Source: Octopus vulgaris (taxonomy: Eukaryota). From it: DNA of 64,000 nucleotides. The translations under genes were made by a program, and so were the position numbers. This document shows, piece by piece, positions 1 through 12,124 of the stretch (position 1 is its first letter; every line of letters begins with the position of its first letter). Below the pieces are notes generated by a model, which was not told the origin of the DNA, made no database searches, and saw only the letters and a program-made list of their open reading frames with translations. The stretch is taken from positions 41,292,001 to 41,356,000 of the forward strand of contig OX597821.1 of assembly GCA_951406725.2 (NCBI GenBank), given 5' to 3'.

Positions 1-310
1 GTTAAACGAAAGCACTCACACATTAGAAAAAAAACTTCTTCCCCAAAAGGTTAGTAAGATCCTTAAAATAAATTTCATAACATTTCCTTTTTCGATGTAA
101 TTTTTTTAAAAAGTCACCTGTACACTTCAAAAGCTGTATTAAGTAATTCTCATAGACTTTCAAATATATAAGTATATATATATATATATGTATGTATGTG
201 TGTGTGTGTGTTAGTTAATATATATATATATATATACGAGACATGTACACACATATATATATATATAGAACAAACTTACTTAGAAATGGATACATGCGTT
301 CTGTCGTGTA

Positions 311-547
311 ATAACAAATTAATAAATAAAACATATGCATATATACATACATATATGTGCATATATACATGCATATATACATACGTATATGTCCAGTTCC
401 TTGGTTTTGTGTTTATGCTTTCGTTTCTCATTGTGTTCGACGTTTTTTTGGTGTCCTGTACCCATATATGCATATATATATATACATGTAGATGTAGGTA
501 CATACATATATGTATGTATATATGCATATGTTTTATTTATTAATTTG

Positions 548-551
<4 letters not shown>
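311..551. repeat. Perfect 48-bp inverted repeat (311-358 / 504-551) within (TA)n/(CA)n low-complexity DNA
   Basis: ataacaaattaataaataaaacatatgcatatatacatacatatatgt at 311-358; exact reverse complement at 504-551. Confidence 0.85.
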
Positions 552-583
<32 letters not shown>

Positions 584-584
<1 letters not shown>

Positions 585-845
585 CATCGTTTAATATCTG
601 CTTTCCATACTGGCATGGGTTGAATGGTTTGACTGAGGTCTGGCAACCAGGCTCCAATCTGATGTGGCAGAGTTTCTACAGCTGGATGCCCTTCCTAATG
701 CCAACCACTCCGAGATTGTAGTGGGTGCTTTTTACATGCCACCAGTATGGGAGTCAGTCAGGCAGCACTGCCACCAATAGCTAGAATGGTGCTGTTTACA
801 TACCACTAGCACAAGTGTCAGTCAGGCGGTACTGGCATCAACCAT
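584..845 (-). mobile_element. 5'-truncated RTE LINE 3' end
   Basis: Same 3'UTR as the RT-bearing copy at 47062-47970: (GAT) tail, ccatgccagcatgg-type hairpin, ggcattaggaagggcatccagc, gtaaaagcacc modules. Confidence 0.8.
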
Positions 846-1010
846 ATGTACAGAAAACAAAAAACAAAGACAGGTGAGGTAACAACAGGCAGGTGTATTA
901 GTTTGACACTTGGTAAAAGTAGAAAAGTCTTTGACATTTTGAGAATACTCTTTGATGGAAAGGGATTAGAGGCAAAAATGGAAAGAGAAAAAATATGCAT
1001 TGGGATTGAT
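846..1010 (-). mobile_element. Small ORF-less repeat family P1 (degenerate copy)
   Basis: Colinear with 20176-20357 and 62305-62492 (aagacaggtg...aacaa.caggtgtattagtttgacact...aaagtcttt). Confidence 0.65.
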
Positions 1011-1139
1011 CTATATATATATATATTTGTGTGTATTTGTCTATGTGAATATATATGTGTGTATGGTTGTATGATGACTCATGAAAATCATGGCAAAATA
1101 GTCATTTTTTTCTATGCTGACACAGTTCAGTTGGCCATG

Positions 1140-1380
1140 GAGGAATAAATCACTCTTTACTTGTCCCATTCATGAGTCATGCTGGTTATAAGTTTCAACA
1201 TCTTGATGTCTGACCTTTCCACCTCTTTTTGTAAGTTGGCCAGTCTTCTTTTCAAGTACCAACCATTGGTTTTGGCTACACGATATTGAGTCCCTAGTTA
1301 TTCCCTTCGCACTTTAATTACATTTCCACCAGATATCTGATGTTCAAAACATTTTCAGATGTTTCCCATTTTCTTAAACA
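1140..1380 (-). mobile_element. Degraded R4-clade non-LTR RT C-terminal fragment
   Basis: Minus-strand pieces SGGNVIK and NLQKEVERSDIKMLKLIT resemble R4/Dong motifs (GGN.IKAIN; W..EELERLDIKTRKLLT); contains stops and frameshifts. Confidence 0.35.
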
Positions 1381-2599
1381 TTTTTTTTTTTCAGTTGGAT
1401 AAGGAGTTTTTTCCTTTTAATCTTTCTTCCTCAGTTGAATGAAAATTTTTCTTTTGTTTTACATAATAATTAATCAAGATAATTATTCATAATTTTAAAA
1501 GTCTCTTCTGCTGAGTTCTTTAGAAGTGGTGCTGCTAAATTTGGATGGACTCCTTTTCAAGAAAATTATTTTGGTAACAGCTAAAATGCATTGAGCTTCA
1601 AATATTTCCAAAACTCTAACTTTATTAGCATTCTTGATGATTTTTTCTCCCAATGCTCTTACAGCTTCTTCCTTGAGCTATTTATGCCATTAGAATGTCT
1701 GTTATCTTTATAATCTTGTCCAATTAGAAGGTTTCTGAAACTAAACTTGTAATTATAGAGCTCCTACAATCTCTTAATGAACCTTTTCATAAAGAATGTT
1801 CTATTGTTTCCTTGAAGAGTTGCAGCTATCAATTTTTACACCTCTATCAACATTTTGGGGGGAAAACTTAGTCTTGTTAGGCATGCAGTTCAGTTTCTAA
1901 TAAAAATGCTTCACTTGTCTTACATTTTTGTATCTGTTATTTCCACTCAAGATCAGAATCCTGGAAAGGTCTTGATGTCTGTTGGATTGATTTATTCCTA
2001 CATGAAGGCAAAATTCTTAATACCAACCAAACAAACTATTGATGGTTATGGGGCATTATTATTATTGAGTGAGAGAGTAGTGCACACCATCAATGTGACA
2101 CAGGGGTAAAATATACGAATCCCAGTATACCCATCATGATTACCCATCTGACAAGGGTACATCAGGCACATGCAACACAACCATATGTGCATGGCATGGT
2201 GATCTCATATCAAGAGAAACAGTGCATGACCTTGTAGGTGTGGTCCAGTTAAAATTTTCTTCAGGTCGAGTAGCCCATCCTGCTCAAAAGGTCCCTGAAA
2301 TAGGGTTGTTTAAAGATGTTGAACAAAACACCCATGTTTCCAGAGGTGAATTATTCAAACCCCAAAGAATTCCTCTCAACACAAGGCTATGATGCTCCCC
2401 ACTACTTCTGCTCATGATCAGAGATGCACATTTCATCAACCACCAATGGACATGTTCAACTGGTTATGGTCAAGCAACTGACAAGAAAATCTGTGGTGTT
2501 GAGCAGAATATTTGCTGTAGCCCATCTTTTATACCAAAACAAAACAATGTACATGATAACACTTCCAATCAGTTAAGATCAGAAGCCATGAGAACCAGT

Positions 2600-3745
2600 G
2601 CTTGGGGAAAGTGCTTGGAGTCTGGTTTGGACCAGACTTCCAGGTATATAGGAACTGAGAAGAGGTCATAACTAGAGTGGCTAAGCTCACCCAGAAATGG
2701 ACAGAAAGGAAATTGTCCTTGAAAGGCCGGGTGGAAGTAGTGATTGCATATATTGCCTCGGTAGTGTACCACCGCCTAGCCATCATAACTTGTCCTAAGA
2801 AAACTCTGACCAGATTAGAGCACCTGTTTTTCCAATTCCTGTGGAAGGGTCAGATTACACTGGTCAGAAAATCCATCTGCTGCCAACACCCACACCGTGG
2901 TGGTCTTGGTAAGCTATCCTTAATGATGCTTTGAGGCTGTCACACCTACAGAAATATCCAAGATGATATGGATGATGACAACGATATCAAAAATAAGGGT
3001 GAACTGGTGTGGGCATCTTTTGTGTGACACATCTTTCGACAGATCATCTCATTGGCAGAGCGGCAGTCATGGGTCAAACGTAGACCAAGGTTGGGTGTTT
3101 GGCTTCTAGAATGATGCCAGACACTCACTGCATTGCACCAGCTACCCAAAACTGTTAGCAGGAAACAACCCAAGATTTCTGTAGGGGACTGGTTGAGGGT
3201 ATAAGTGATGATGGCCTAGGATTGAATCTAGGTATCGACGAGAGCAGTCTGAGTAGTCTCTTCCAGAAGACCTTCTGGTAGAAGATCATGGATAATTTCC
3301 AAAAGTTTTTGTCTTGGGCAGTGCTACAGAGAGGCAATGCCTGTTCAAGACAAACTCTTCAGGCATGGAAGTGCCAACAGTCAAACCTGCCTGAGATGCT
3401 TGCTGAGGACGAAACCATCCTGCATGCACTAATTCAGTGTCTGTGCATTAGAGAGTTGTGGAGCAGCTGTTGCTGCGTGTAAGATGAATGCAGCTGTCTG
3501 CTGAGTGTATAGTGAAGATCAATGCACACTACCTTCTCTGCTGAGTGGCTGTGGTAAAAAGGCTGTGTGGTGAACCTGCCTGAAAGTTTTGAAGACAGGC
3601 ACATTCCTACCTGGTCAAGCCCTTATCAGTTTCCTCAAATATCATTTGAAGAGGAAGGTGAGGGTAGAGATTGAGGTGCTGCCTTCCAATGCATTTATCA
3701 AAAGGTGGTCGACAGTTGCAAGACTGGTGAAACAGAATGGATGGT
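2600..3745 (+). mobile_element. Tx1/L1-clade LINE ORF2 C-terminal pseudogene fragment (post-RT region plus CCHC finger)
   Basis: LGVWFG..., KWTERKLSLKGRVEVV...FFQFLWKG...HPHRGGLG (2677-2934), C..C...DETILHALIQC...LW, FLKYHLKRKVRVE...FIKRW; frameshifted. Confidence 0.85.
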
Positions 3746-3779
3746 TTTGTAATTTTTTTTTGTACCGTACCTCATCCTT

Positions 3780-4082
3780 CAATTTAGACTCCATGTCTTG
3801 GGCCCTGGTGGCCAATAAAAGAAATGATTATTATTATTACTTTCAAATTCCATCAAGGTTGGCTTTGCTTTCTATCCTTTCGGGATCAATAAATTAAGTA
3901 CCAGTGAAACACTGGGGTCGATGAAATTGACTATCCCCTCCCCCAGATTTCATGCCTTGTGCCTATAGTAGAAAGGATTATTATTGTTGTTGTTGTTGTT
4001 ATTGTTATTGTTGTTGTCGTTGTTGTTTTTGTTGTTTTTGTTGCTGTTGTTGTTGCTGTTGCTGTTGCTGTTGTTGTTGTTA
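3780..4082 (+). mobile_element. SINE family A fragments followed by (TTA)/(GTT)n tail
   Basis: tttgctttctatcctttcgggatcaataaattaagtaccag...actggggtcgat shared with 5351-5749; (GTT)n at ~3980-4082. Confidence 0.7.
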
Positions 4083-4684
4083 CAATTTTTCACATATCAC
4101 AGATCATACCCCTTTTAACCTTGTCAATAACATCCCATTGATCCAAATTCCAAATTTATTTTTCTTTGCTCATCTCTTACACAAATAGTTTTATCCTCAG
4201 CATCACAAATTGTTTCCTTTCTGTCACAGCATCAGGCAAACCAAGAGCATCATCAGTTATTTCTGACTGCTACATCAGCTTTCTTTCTTTTCCTAAACAT
4301 TTACTAAGAAGACTTCACTGTAGCAACACTAATTATTTTTACAAGCTTAAACACTTTTCTTCTTGTTCTTTAATTAGTCAAAGCTGGAACCACAATTTTC
4401 CTTTATTTTTCCTGGGCATCCAAAGCTGTTGAGGACAGGAGGAAGAAGTTACATTCAAAATGGGGCCCTGCTCTGAAAGCTTACAATACAGTGAAGTGCA
4501 TTAAACCCACCAAGGGACCAGGTGGAGAAGCTGTTAAACCAGATGACAGACTGAATCCACCCCCACTCCCATCCCCACCCCACTAGAACTCAATACTCAA
4601 AGAACTAAAACAAATATTACAAGATACTTAATCTGTTGCTTTGACACTTCCATTAATCTCCTGCCTTGGAATGGTACTAAAATT

Positions 4685-4890
4685 TTTGGCACAAGGCCAG
4701 TAATTTCAGGGCAGGGGTAAGCTGATTATATTGACCCTTGTGCTCAACTGAAACTCATTTTATCGACCCCAGAAAGATGAAAGGCAAAATCGATCTTGGT
4801 AGAACTTGACCACAAAATATAAATATGGAGGAAATGCTGAAAAGCCTTTTGCCTGGAATGCTAACGATTCTGCCAGCTTATCACCTTATG
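4685..4890 (-). mobile_element. SINE family A
   Basis: ttatcgaccccagaaagatgaaaggcaaa...gctaacgattctgccagct is the reverse complement of the family A head and core. Confidence 0.75.
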
Positions 4891-5204
4891 GTATTGATTC
4901 CAAAAGAATGGAAAACAAATTTGGTCACAGCAAGATTGAAATCGAATGATCTGGAAGAAATACCACATGGCATTTTATCCTGCACTCAAACAACTCTGCT
5001 AATTAAACTGATTATTTAAATCTATCAACCAATGCAATATCAAGGAACACAGGAACACAAGAATACAGAAAAGGTTTCAACACTCACCTACAAAAGTCTC
5101 AAAATGCTGCTGCCATCTTAGTAACTTTGGTTCTTTGCCATAAAATCTCATATGCAGTTTCCTCAGCCTTCAAGAGATCCTCAACTTGAGTACCAACACC
5201 GCCA

Positions 5205-5820
5205 TCATCATCATCATCATTGTCATCATCATTTAATGCACGTTTTCCATGCTTGCATTGGTTGAACAGTTTGACAGGAACTGGCATGACTGGAAGGCTG
5301 CACCAGACTCCAATTGTCTGCTTTAGCATGGTTTCTGTGGTTGGATACCCATAGAAAGGCATACCGGGCGAAATGTGTAGCCGTATTTCGTCTGCCGTTA
5401 TGTTCTGAGTTCAAATTCCGCCGAGGTCAACTTTGCCTTTCATTCTTTCAGGGTCGATAAATTAAGTACCAGTTATGCACTGGGGTCGATATAATCGACT
5501 TAACCCGTTTGTCTGTCCTTGTTTGTCCTCTCTGTGTTTAGCCCCTTGTGGGTAGTAAAGAAATAGGTATTTCGTCTGCCGTTACGTTCTGAGTTCAAAT
5601 TCTGCCGAGGTCGACTTTGCCTTTCGTCCTTTCAGGGTTGATTAAATAAGTACCAGTTATGCACTGGGGTCGATGTAATCGACTTAATCCGTTTGTCTGT
5701 CCTTGTTTGACCTCTCTGTGTTTAACCCCTTGTGGGTAGTAAAGAAATAGGTTGGATACCCTCCTTAACACTAGCCACTTTACAGAGTGTACTGGGTGCT
5801 TTTTCCATGACACCAGCATT
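5205..5820 (-). mobile_element. RTE 3' end split by a SINE dimer
   Basis: RTE tail at 5205-5350 resumes at 5762 (ctccttaacactagccactttacagagtgtactgggtgc). Confidence 0.7.
5351..5749 (+). mobile_element. SINE family A head-to-tail dimer with 12-bp TSD (central domain resembles Deu/Nin domain)
   Basis: Two near-identical ~185-bp units; B-box-like gagttcaaattcc; core gcctttcattctttcagggtcgataaattaagtacc; TSD ggttggataccc at 5339-5350 and 5750-5761. Confidence 0.85.
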
Positions 5821-6237
5821 ATTATGTCTGACAGAAAGCTACACAAAATATTCACATCTTCATCAACCTGGTGCTGTACTGGCATCTGTTTCATTCAAAT
5901 CTATTTGCTTCCTCCAGTAGACGAATACCATACTCTATGATAATGCAATAATGTAAGTGGTGTAATAGTAGTTACAGAGAAATGTTTATGATGATGATGG
6001 CAACACGTATGTTATCTTCTGACTTTCAAATAAGGATGTTATTTTTTTTCATTCATACAACTCAATCCTATTTTATAGTTTTTTATTGTTGCTGCTACCA
6101 GTTTTTACTTCAGAAAGTTGTTGTAAAAGATTTTATTTGTACTGTCTTAACTTTTGGATCAGTTTTTCTCCCTTTCCAGGTCAATGCACTTCCCATGAAA
6201 ACAGAAAATGTGGACATTCAGTGTTTCTATGCTCTAG

Positions 6238-6269
<32 letters not shown>

Positions 6270-6281
6270 TCATACACACAC

Positions 6282-6348
<67 letters not shown>

Positions 6349-6418
6349 TGTATATACATACATATATATATATATACATATATGTATATATGTATGTACA
6401 CATACATACACATATATA

Positions 6419-6449
<31 letters not shown>

Positions 6450-6450
6450 G

Positions 6451-6494
<44 letters not shown>

Positions 6495-6535
6495 TATACA
6501 CATACATATACATATGCATATGTGTGTGTGTATGT
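6238..6535. repeat. (TA)n/(CA)n compound microsatellite
   Basis: Direct reading; source of the YIYIY ORFs. Confidence 0.95.
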
Positions 6536-7822
6536 ATTAAAGTTTGTGAGGATTTTCATGGATATTCTCTCTTTAATAGTTCTCCGGCAGCTGAATGAAA
6601 GCAGTTATATGCTTTCTCCCCCAGGACATAACACAATAGCTGTAACAGTAAGGTTTGAACTTATGACCAAGTGATAAATAACTCAGCATCTTAACTTCCC
6701 AGATATTCTGCTTAAATTCAATATAGAGATATGCACATTTATGTATAAAACAGTTCAAAATGTTAGCAAGGAGGCATTAATCAGGAATTATACAAAGACA
6801 TACAGATTAGTACATTCGCATTATTCATTCTGAATAGTATATTGGGATAAAACTTATGAATCATCTTCATTTATCATGAGGAACTATAAATATTTAATAT
6901 TCTACAAAGAAGCATATCAAAATATGTATATTAGTTCTGCTAAAACATGAAAACTAATATAGGAAACTATTCTATGGAACTGCCAACTATTTCCCAGCAA
7001 AATCTACTGAAGCAGATAATGAATTTGTTAAAAGGAAATAACGTAATGTGTTAGCATTTGGAAGCATTGCCTCAGAGAGAAATACCTTCAATGGTCAGCA
7101 ATTATGCTGATAAGAATTTTTTAAAGGGAACAAAGTATGCGATATTAAGAGAATAATTGTAGAAATGGCACTGTTTCGTATGTTTAATAATTCATCTCTG
7201 TGTGTTTGTAGAAGACTAATCTGGAATATACACAATGGTCAGAATGAAAGAATTGCTTCTAAAGAATGTAAACAGAAACGGCTTTGTACAGCAATGAATG
7301 TTACAAGAGAATGGTTTTGAAAGGTTTTGGATGTTTATGAAGGTGAGAGTTTCACCAAAATGCTAAACATCGAATTCATTACAATATTTGGCTTGTATTC
7401 AGGATAAGAACTCGAAAGATTTTTAGAAGGGAGAAAAAAAATATTCCTTCTGTAACATATTCCTCATTGTATTGTATTCTTGAGGTCATTTTGGTTAGAG
7501 ACAGAACATTACTGGTTTTTACAGATGAAGTCCAATTACTGCAAAAGAAATTATTACGTGCAATGCTGAATGATAAACTATTACAAGAATTACTGAATTA
7601 AAGAATGCAACAGTAAAATAGTTTTGGAAGAATTATGCCAATGTGCTGAGAATAGATATTAGATGGTTCTCCTAATCGACTTTAAGACATCCCATTTCTG
7701 AGTTCAAATTGGATCCAGCCAAATGTGTTTTCTTTTGCTCAATTTAAATACAAGATTATTTAGAATAATGAATGAAATAAGAAATAAAAAAAAGTTCCTA
7801 ACGAATCAGAAAGTTTAAAGAA

Positions 7823-7860
7823 TCTTTATATTTCAGGCACAAAGGTTTATCTTCAGAAGA
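7823..7860 (-). ncRNA. Minimal type-I hammerhead ribozyme motif (stem II damaged)
   Basis: Minus strand: tctt CTGAAGA taaacctttgtgcct GAAA tata aaga; stem I tctt/aaga. Confidence 0.5.
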
Positions 7861-8023
7861 ATACAAAGAAATGTATGTTTACATAGGCCCTGCCTTTTTG
7901 GATAGTCCAGTGCTTGTGCTAGCAATAGCTACTAGCACAAGCACCAGACTAAAACAGCATCATTTGCCAGCTGGCAATCCAAAATGGTAAGACCTATGTA
8001 AATACACATTTCGTTGACTGTAT

Positions 8024-8061
8024 TCTTCTGAAGATAGGCCTTTGTGCCTGAAATATAAAGG
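8024..8061 (+). ncRNA. Minimal type-I hammerhead ribozyme motif
   Basis: tctt CTGAAGA t aggc-ctttgt-gcct GAAA tata aagg: intact CUGANGA/GAAA core, stem II AGGC/GCCU, palindromic AUAU helix III, AUA triplet. Confidence 0.6.
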
Positions 8062-9365
8062 GTTTTCTTGTTTCTCATTTCATTCATTTTTCTATTTCTG
8101 TACTACAATGCTTCAAACAAACTACAACACAATATTGTGTTGACCTCCATTTAAGGATTTGATTATAGTTTTCACAGAGAACCTCATTGATTAAGGTAAG
8201 GGAAAGTAAGTTTCAACAGCACTCCATTATTTAGTGGCATAAGACATGAATTAAATTTCTAATGAGCTGACTCATTGATAAGAGCTTAATTACTACTTGA
8301 ATCTACTTCAATGATGATGGAGGTGATGATGATGCTGATGAGGAAGGGGGGACAGAGATGGTGGTGGTGATGATGATGGAGGTGATGATGAGGAGGAGGA
8401 TGAAAGGGGGATGGAGATGGTGATGATGATGATGATGAGTAATGTCAGTAAAAGGTGCATTTATCACACACACACACACACTCGCAACACACAGCCTCCC
8501 TTGTCCCTGTATGGTGTGTGACATCTTACATTAATATTTCCATTAAATGTCAATCCAATGGCATTAAAATAATGAAGCACCACATTAAATATTCTGTTGA
8601 TTCTGCTGAATCAAGAAATCGTTCAAAACTTGAACCTCCATCTATAAAAACGAAATAAAGCTTCTCTTCATCCTACATCACCTGCAAGATTATATTTAGT
8701 GAGTTTTATTTGTCATTAAGCAGGTAATGAAACATCGAATCACCTTCAAATATAGCAATCCAAAGTAAATTACTAGCAACTCTTCACCTGATATTGCAAG
8801 AATATCTTTGTTCATATTTACCAATTATTAAAATTAGTTGTTTTTATTTTCTTTAAATGGAATAAATTAACACCATTATACGTGAATCTTTTAAAGAATA
8901 TAGAAGCTTAAGATTTCTATTTTTTACACATTTTCGTTTCTTTTCAACTTTTTTTTAAAATTTTTATATATTTTTTTTTTTTTCTGTAGTTATTTAGTTT
9001 TCAAAATTGATTACATTCTAACCAATATATTTCTGGCAAATGTTCTCTGTCACAGCAGTAACTCGGTAGTGGTTTATCTTTAAATTGTTTCAACGATCTG
9101 ATTCTTTATCCACTTCCCACCAATCGTTCCAATATCAGTGGGTTATCTGTGTGATCTGTATGATCTCCAGGTTTCAAACATCTTTTATTCTTCAGGGGAT
9201 TACCACTACATTAAATTTGAGACACACTTCAATATTTTTTCCCCATTGATCCACTGATAGTAACCACAGATTAATTCTGGCTCTCTACACCTGACCTATC
9301 CACTCACCGGCAGTCATCACATCAATTCAGCTTTCATTATTGACAGCATCAATGATGCTACCATT

Positions 9366-9417
<52 letters not shown>

Positions 9418-9632
9418 TCTCTCTCCCTCTCCTTCTTCTCCCCTCTCTCTAACTCTGTCAATATTTCTCTTTCTTTTATGTTCACTAAAACATATTAACA
9501 TTCAAAATATATAACTGCACAAGGAATATATATATATATATGCATGGCCGCAGCTCTGAGCTGAAACTAGAAAAAAAATATATATATATATGTACATACA
9601 TACATACATACATATATATATATATATGTATG

Positions 9633-9701
<69 letters not shown>

Positions 9702-9889
9702 ATATAAAACATAGGTACGAAACATATATACATACAAAATATTCATGTTCACACAAAATATACACTTGTACAAAACATAATTATACAAAATATATTAAAT
9801 ACACAAACTATAAATAGAACAAATTTAAATTAGGAAAGCTAAGAAACATTGTAGCTATGGCCAATGCCAGTGTCACATAACTTCAATAG

Positions 9890-10159
9890 TCGGGTAATAT
9901 GTTGTGCTTGAGAAGACCTGTTGAGTCAAGTGAAATTGTAGTCGTGGCTGATACCAGTGCTGCCTGACTGGTCCCCGTGCAGGGGGGCATGTAAAAAGTA
10001 CCCACTACACTCTTGGAGTGGTTGGCATTAGGAAGGGCATCCAGCTGTAGAAAATCATGCCGAATCAGATTGGAGCCTGGTGTAGCGTAGAGGCTTGCTA
10101 GTCCTCAGTCAAACCGTCCAAACCATGCCAGCATGGAAAGCAGACATTAAACAACGACG

Positions 10160-10191
<32 letters not shown>

Positions 10192-10385
10192 GATGACGAT
10201 GACGATGATGATGATGATGATGATGATGACAATGATGACGATGATGATAGTGGTGGTGGTGGTGGTGGTGGTGATGATGGTGATGATGATGATGATGATT
10301 ATGACGATGATGACGATGATGATGATGATGGTGGTGATGACGATGATGATGACGACGACGACGACGACAATGATGATGATGATAC
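9890..10385 (+). mobile_element. RTE LINE 3' end (ORF end plus 3'UTR) with expanded (GAT/GAC/GGT)n tail
   Basis: gtgcttgagaagacctgttga (VLEKTC*), family 3'UTR, ccatgccagcatgg hairpin, tail ~10150-10385. Confidence 0.85.
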
Positions 10386-10402
10386 ATATCGCGAGCAATG
10401 TC

Positions 10403-10705
10403 TGGCACTCCATAGTTTACAACGATGAGGTTTCCTGTTAATCAGATCAATGGAACAGCCTGCTCGTGAAGTTAACACACAAGTGGCCGAGTACTCAACA
10501 GAGATGTGCACCCTTCACATAGTTCTCAGGGAGAACAGTGTGACACAGAATGTGACAAGGCTGGCCTTTTGAATTACAAGTGCAACTCATTTTTGGAGCA
10601 ACATGAAATAATGTGTCTTGTCCAAGGACACATCCCACCACCAAAAATTGAACTCACAACCTTAGGACTGTGAACTAAATTCCCTAACCACTAAGTCATG
10701 TGTCT
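10403..10705 (-). mobile_element. tRNA-headed SINE family C
   Basis: Minus-strand head ttagtggttaggg...gtgagttcaattt; body shared with 41116-41425, 42560-42860 and 55255-55500. Confidence 0.8.
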
Positions 10706-10739
10706 TCATATCTATGGAACCCTGGGCATTACAGAAATG

Positions 10740-11150
10740 AGCAGATGAAGAGGCATCAAGATCAATGTAGAGGCTGCTGAGAAAGTATTGGGATGGTGGC
10801 TATAGTTGAAGAGATGATTGGTAGATGTCAGTAGAATGTAGCTAAGGTGAGGTAGCCTGGATGAGCACACATATTTGGTAGCATAAAAAAGGCACGTGGG
10901 CGTATTAGATGCATTACAATTTCAGCAGTAAATATTCAGAAAAGAAAATGGTCTTAGCATATTCAGTTTATGGGAAGCCTAACTTTGTATATACAACTGG
11001 AGGCGATTTTTTTTTGAGACATTTTTTAAGGAGTGGAGAAATGTCTTTTATATGCCATTAAATATGGTATGTAGTCAGAAGGGAAATGTCCAGTAACTCT
11101 TGGATGTATTTTATATTAAGGCTCGGAAAGGTTGCTTTGTTACTTAGCTG
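10740..11150 (-). mobile_element. Highly degraded CR1/L2-group RT C-terminal relic
   Basis: Minus-strand pieces FFSEYLLLKL...LIRPR resemble the 'QLLKLYKxLIRPxLEY' motif; many stops. Confidence 0.3.
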
Positions 11151-11529
11151 AGAAGCATAACAATTCACACACTCATGCAAGGCTTTTGAGATTCTCAAGA
11201 GAAGGCATGAACAGTGGTGTCAAGAGAAGAAATATCATTTAAATAACCCTTATTCAACTACAAACCTGGTAGAATCTTACTTAGAGCAGCAAGTGGTTGC
11301 TGACAAACCAGCTTTGGTAATTAGCACCTAATTACAGAAATAATTTACATGGAACTCTTTGACAACCAACAAATAATTATTGGCATTAATGCCAGAAAGT
11401 ATACCATTCTTACATTGCATCAAGGAAATTCAATCACAGACTAGTGATGTGGAAATAATATCCAGAGAGGAGGAAACTTGATGTAGCAACAGAGGGAGAC
11501 ACCATGAGGATATCCTATTTCTTCTGTGT

Positions 11530-11975
11530 TTTATCATTTACTTGTCTCAGTCATTGGACTGTGGCCATGCTGGGGCAGCACTTTGAAGGGTTTTGTCAAG
11601 CAAATCGATTCCAGGGCTTATTTTGCTTATGTTCGGTTCTTATTCTATTGTTCTCTTCTGCTGAACCACTAAGTTACAGGGACATTAGGGACATAAATAA
11701 ACCAACACTGGGGAACAAACACGCACACAGACATACACATGCACACAGACATACACAGACATACACACACACAGACATACAACACATATACACACACATA
11801 CACACACAGACATACACACACAGACATACACACACATACTTACACACACATTCAGTGGGCTTCTACACAGTTCTCACCAACCAAATCCACTCACAAGGCA
11901 ATGGTTAGCCTGAGGCTATAGAAGACACTTGCCCAAGGTGCCAAACAATGGGACTGAACCAATCCATTCCTGCAA
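11530..11975 (-). mobile_element. SINE family B (CORE-like) with internal (CA)n
   Basis: agacacttgcccaaggtgcc, aatccactcacaaggc and cagtcattggactgtggccatgctgg match 26646-27030 reversed. Confidence 0.8.
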
Positions 11976-12124
11976 ACCAAAGGATATTTTTGCCATAATA
12001 CCTGCAAATATACTTTTATGATGTAAATTGCAAATGCACTCGAATTTAACTCTGTTTTTATTTTCAATCTTTTGTTTAGATTATTAATCTAAAACATGTC
12101 AATATTAAATGTAAACTTTTCAAA

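Larger units (their letters stand above)
7761..8094. mobile_element. Palindromic ORF-less element (arms ~7761-7910 / 7971-8094) with a hammerhead-like motif in each arm
   Basis: Arms are reverse complements (e.g. ctttatatttcaggcacaaagg / cctttgtgcctgaaatataaag); central 12-bp hairpin tgcttgtgctag/ctagcacaagca. Confidence 0.8.

Noticed and set aside
2052-2595. Probable interspersed repeat with an (AAT) end
   Set aside because: Single copy in the window with no diagnostic motif; cannot be classified without a database
6750-7700. Possible ancient RTE-like LINE relic
   Set aside because: Only vague motif echoes (RRLIW); no alignable stretch
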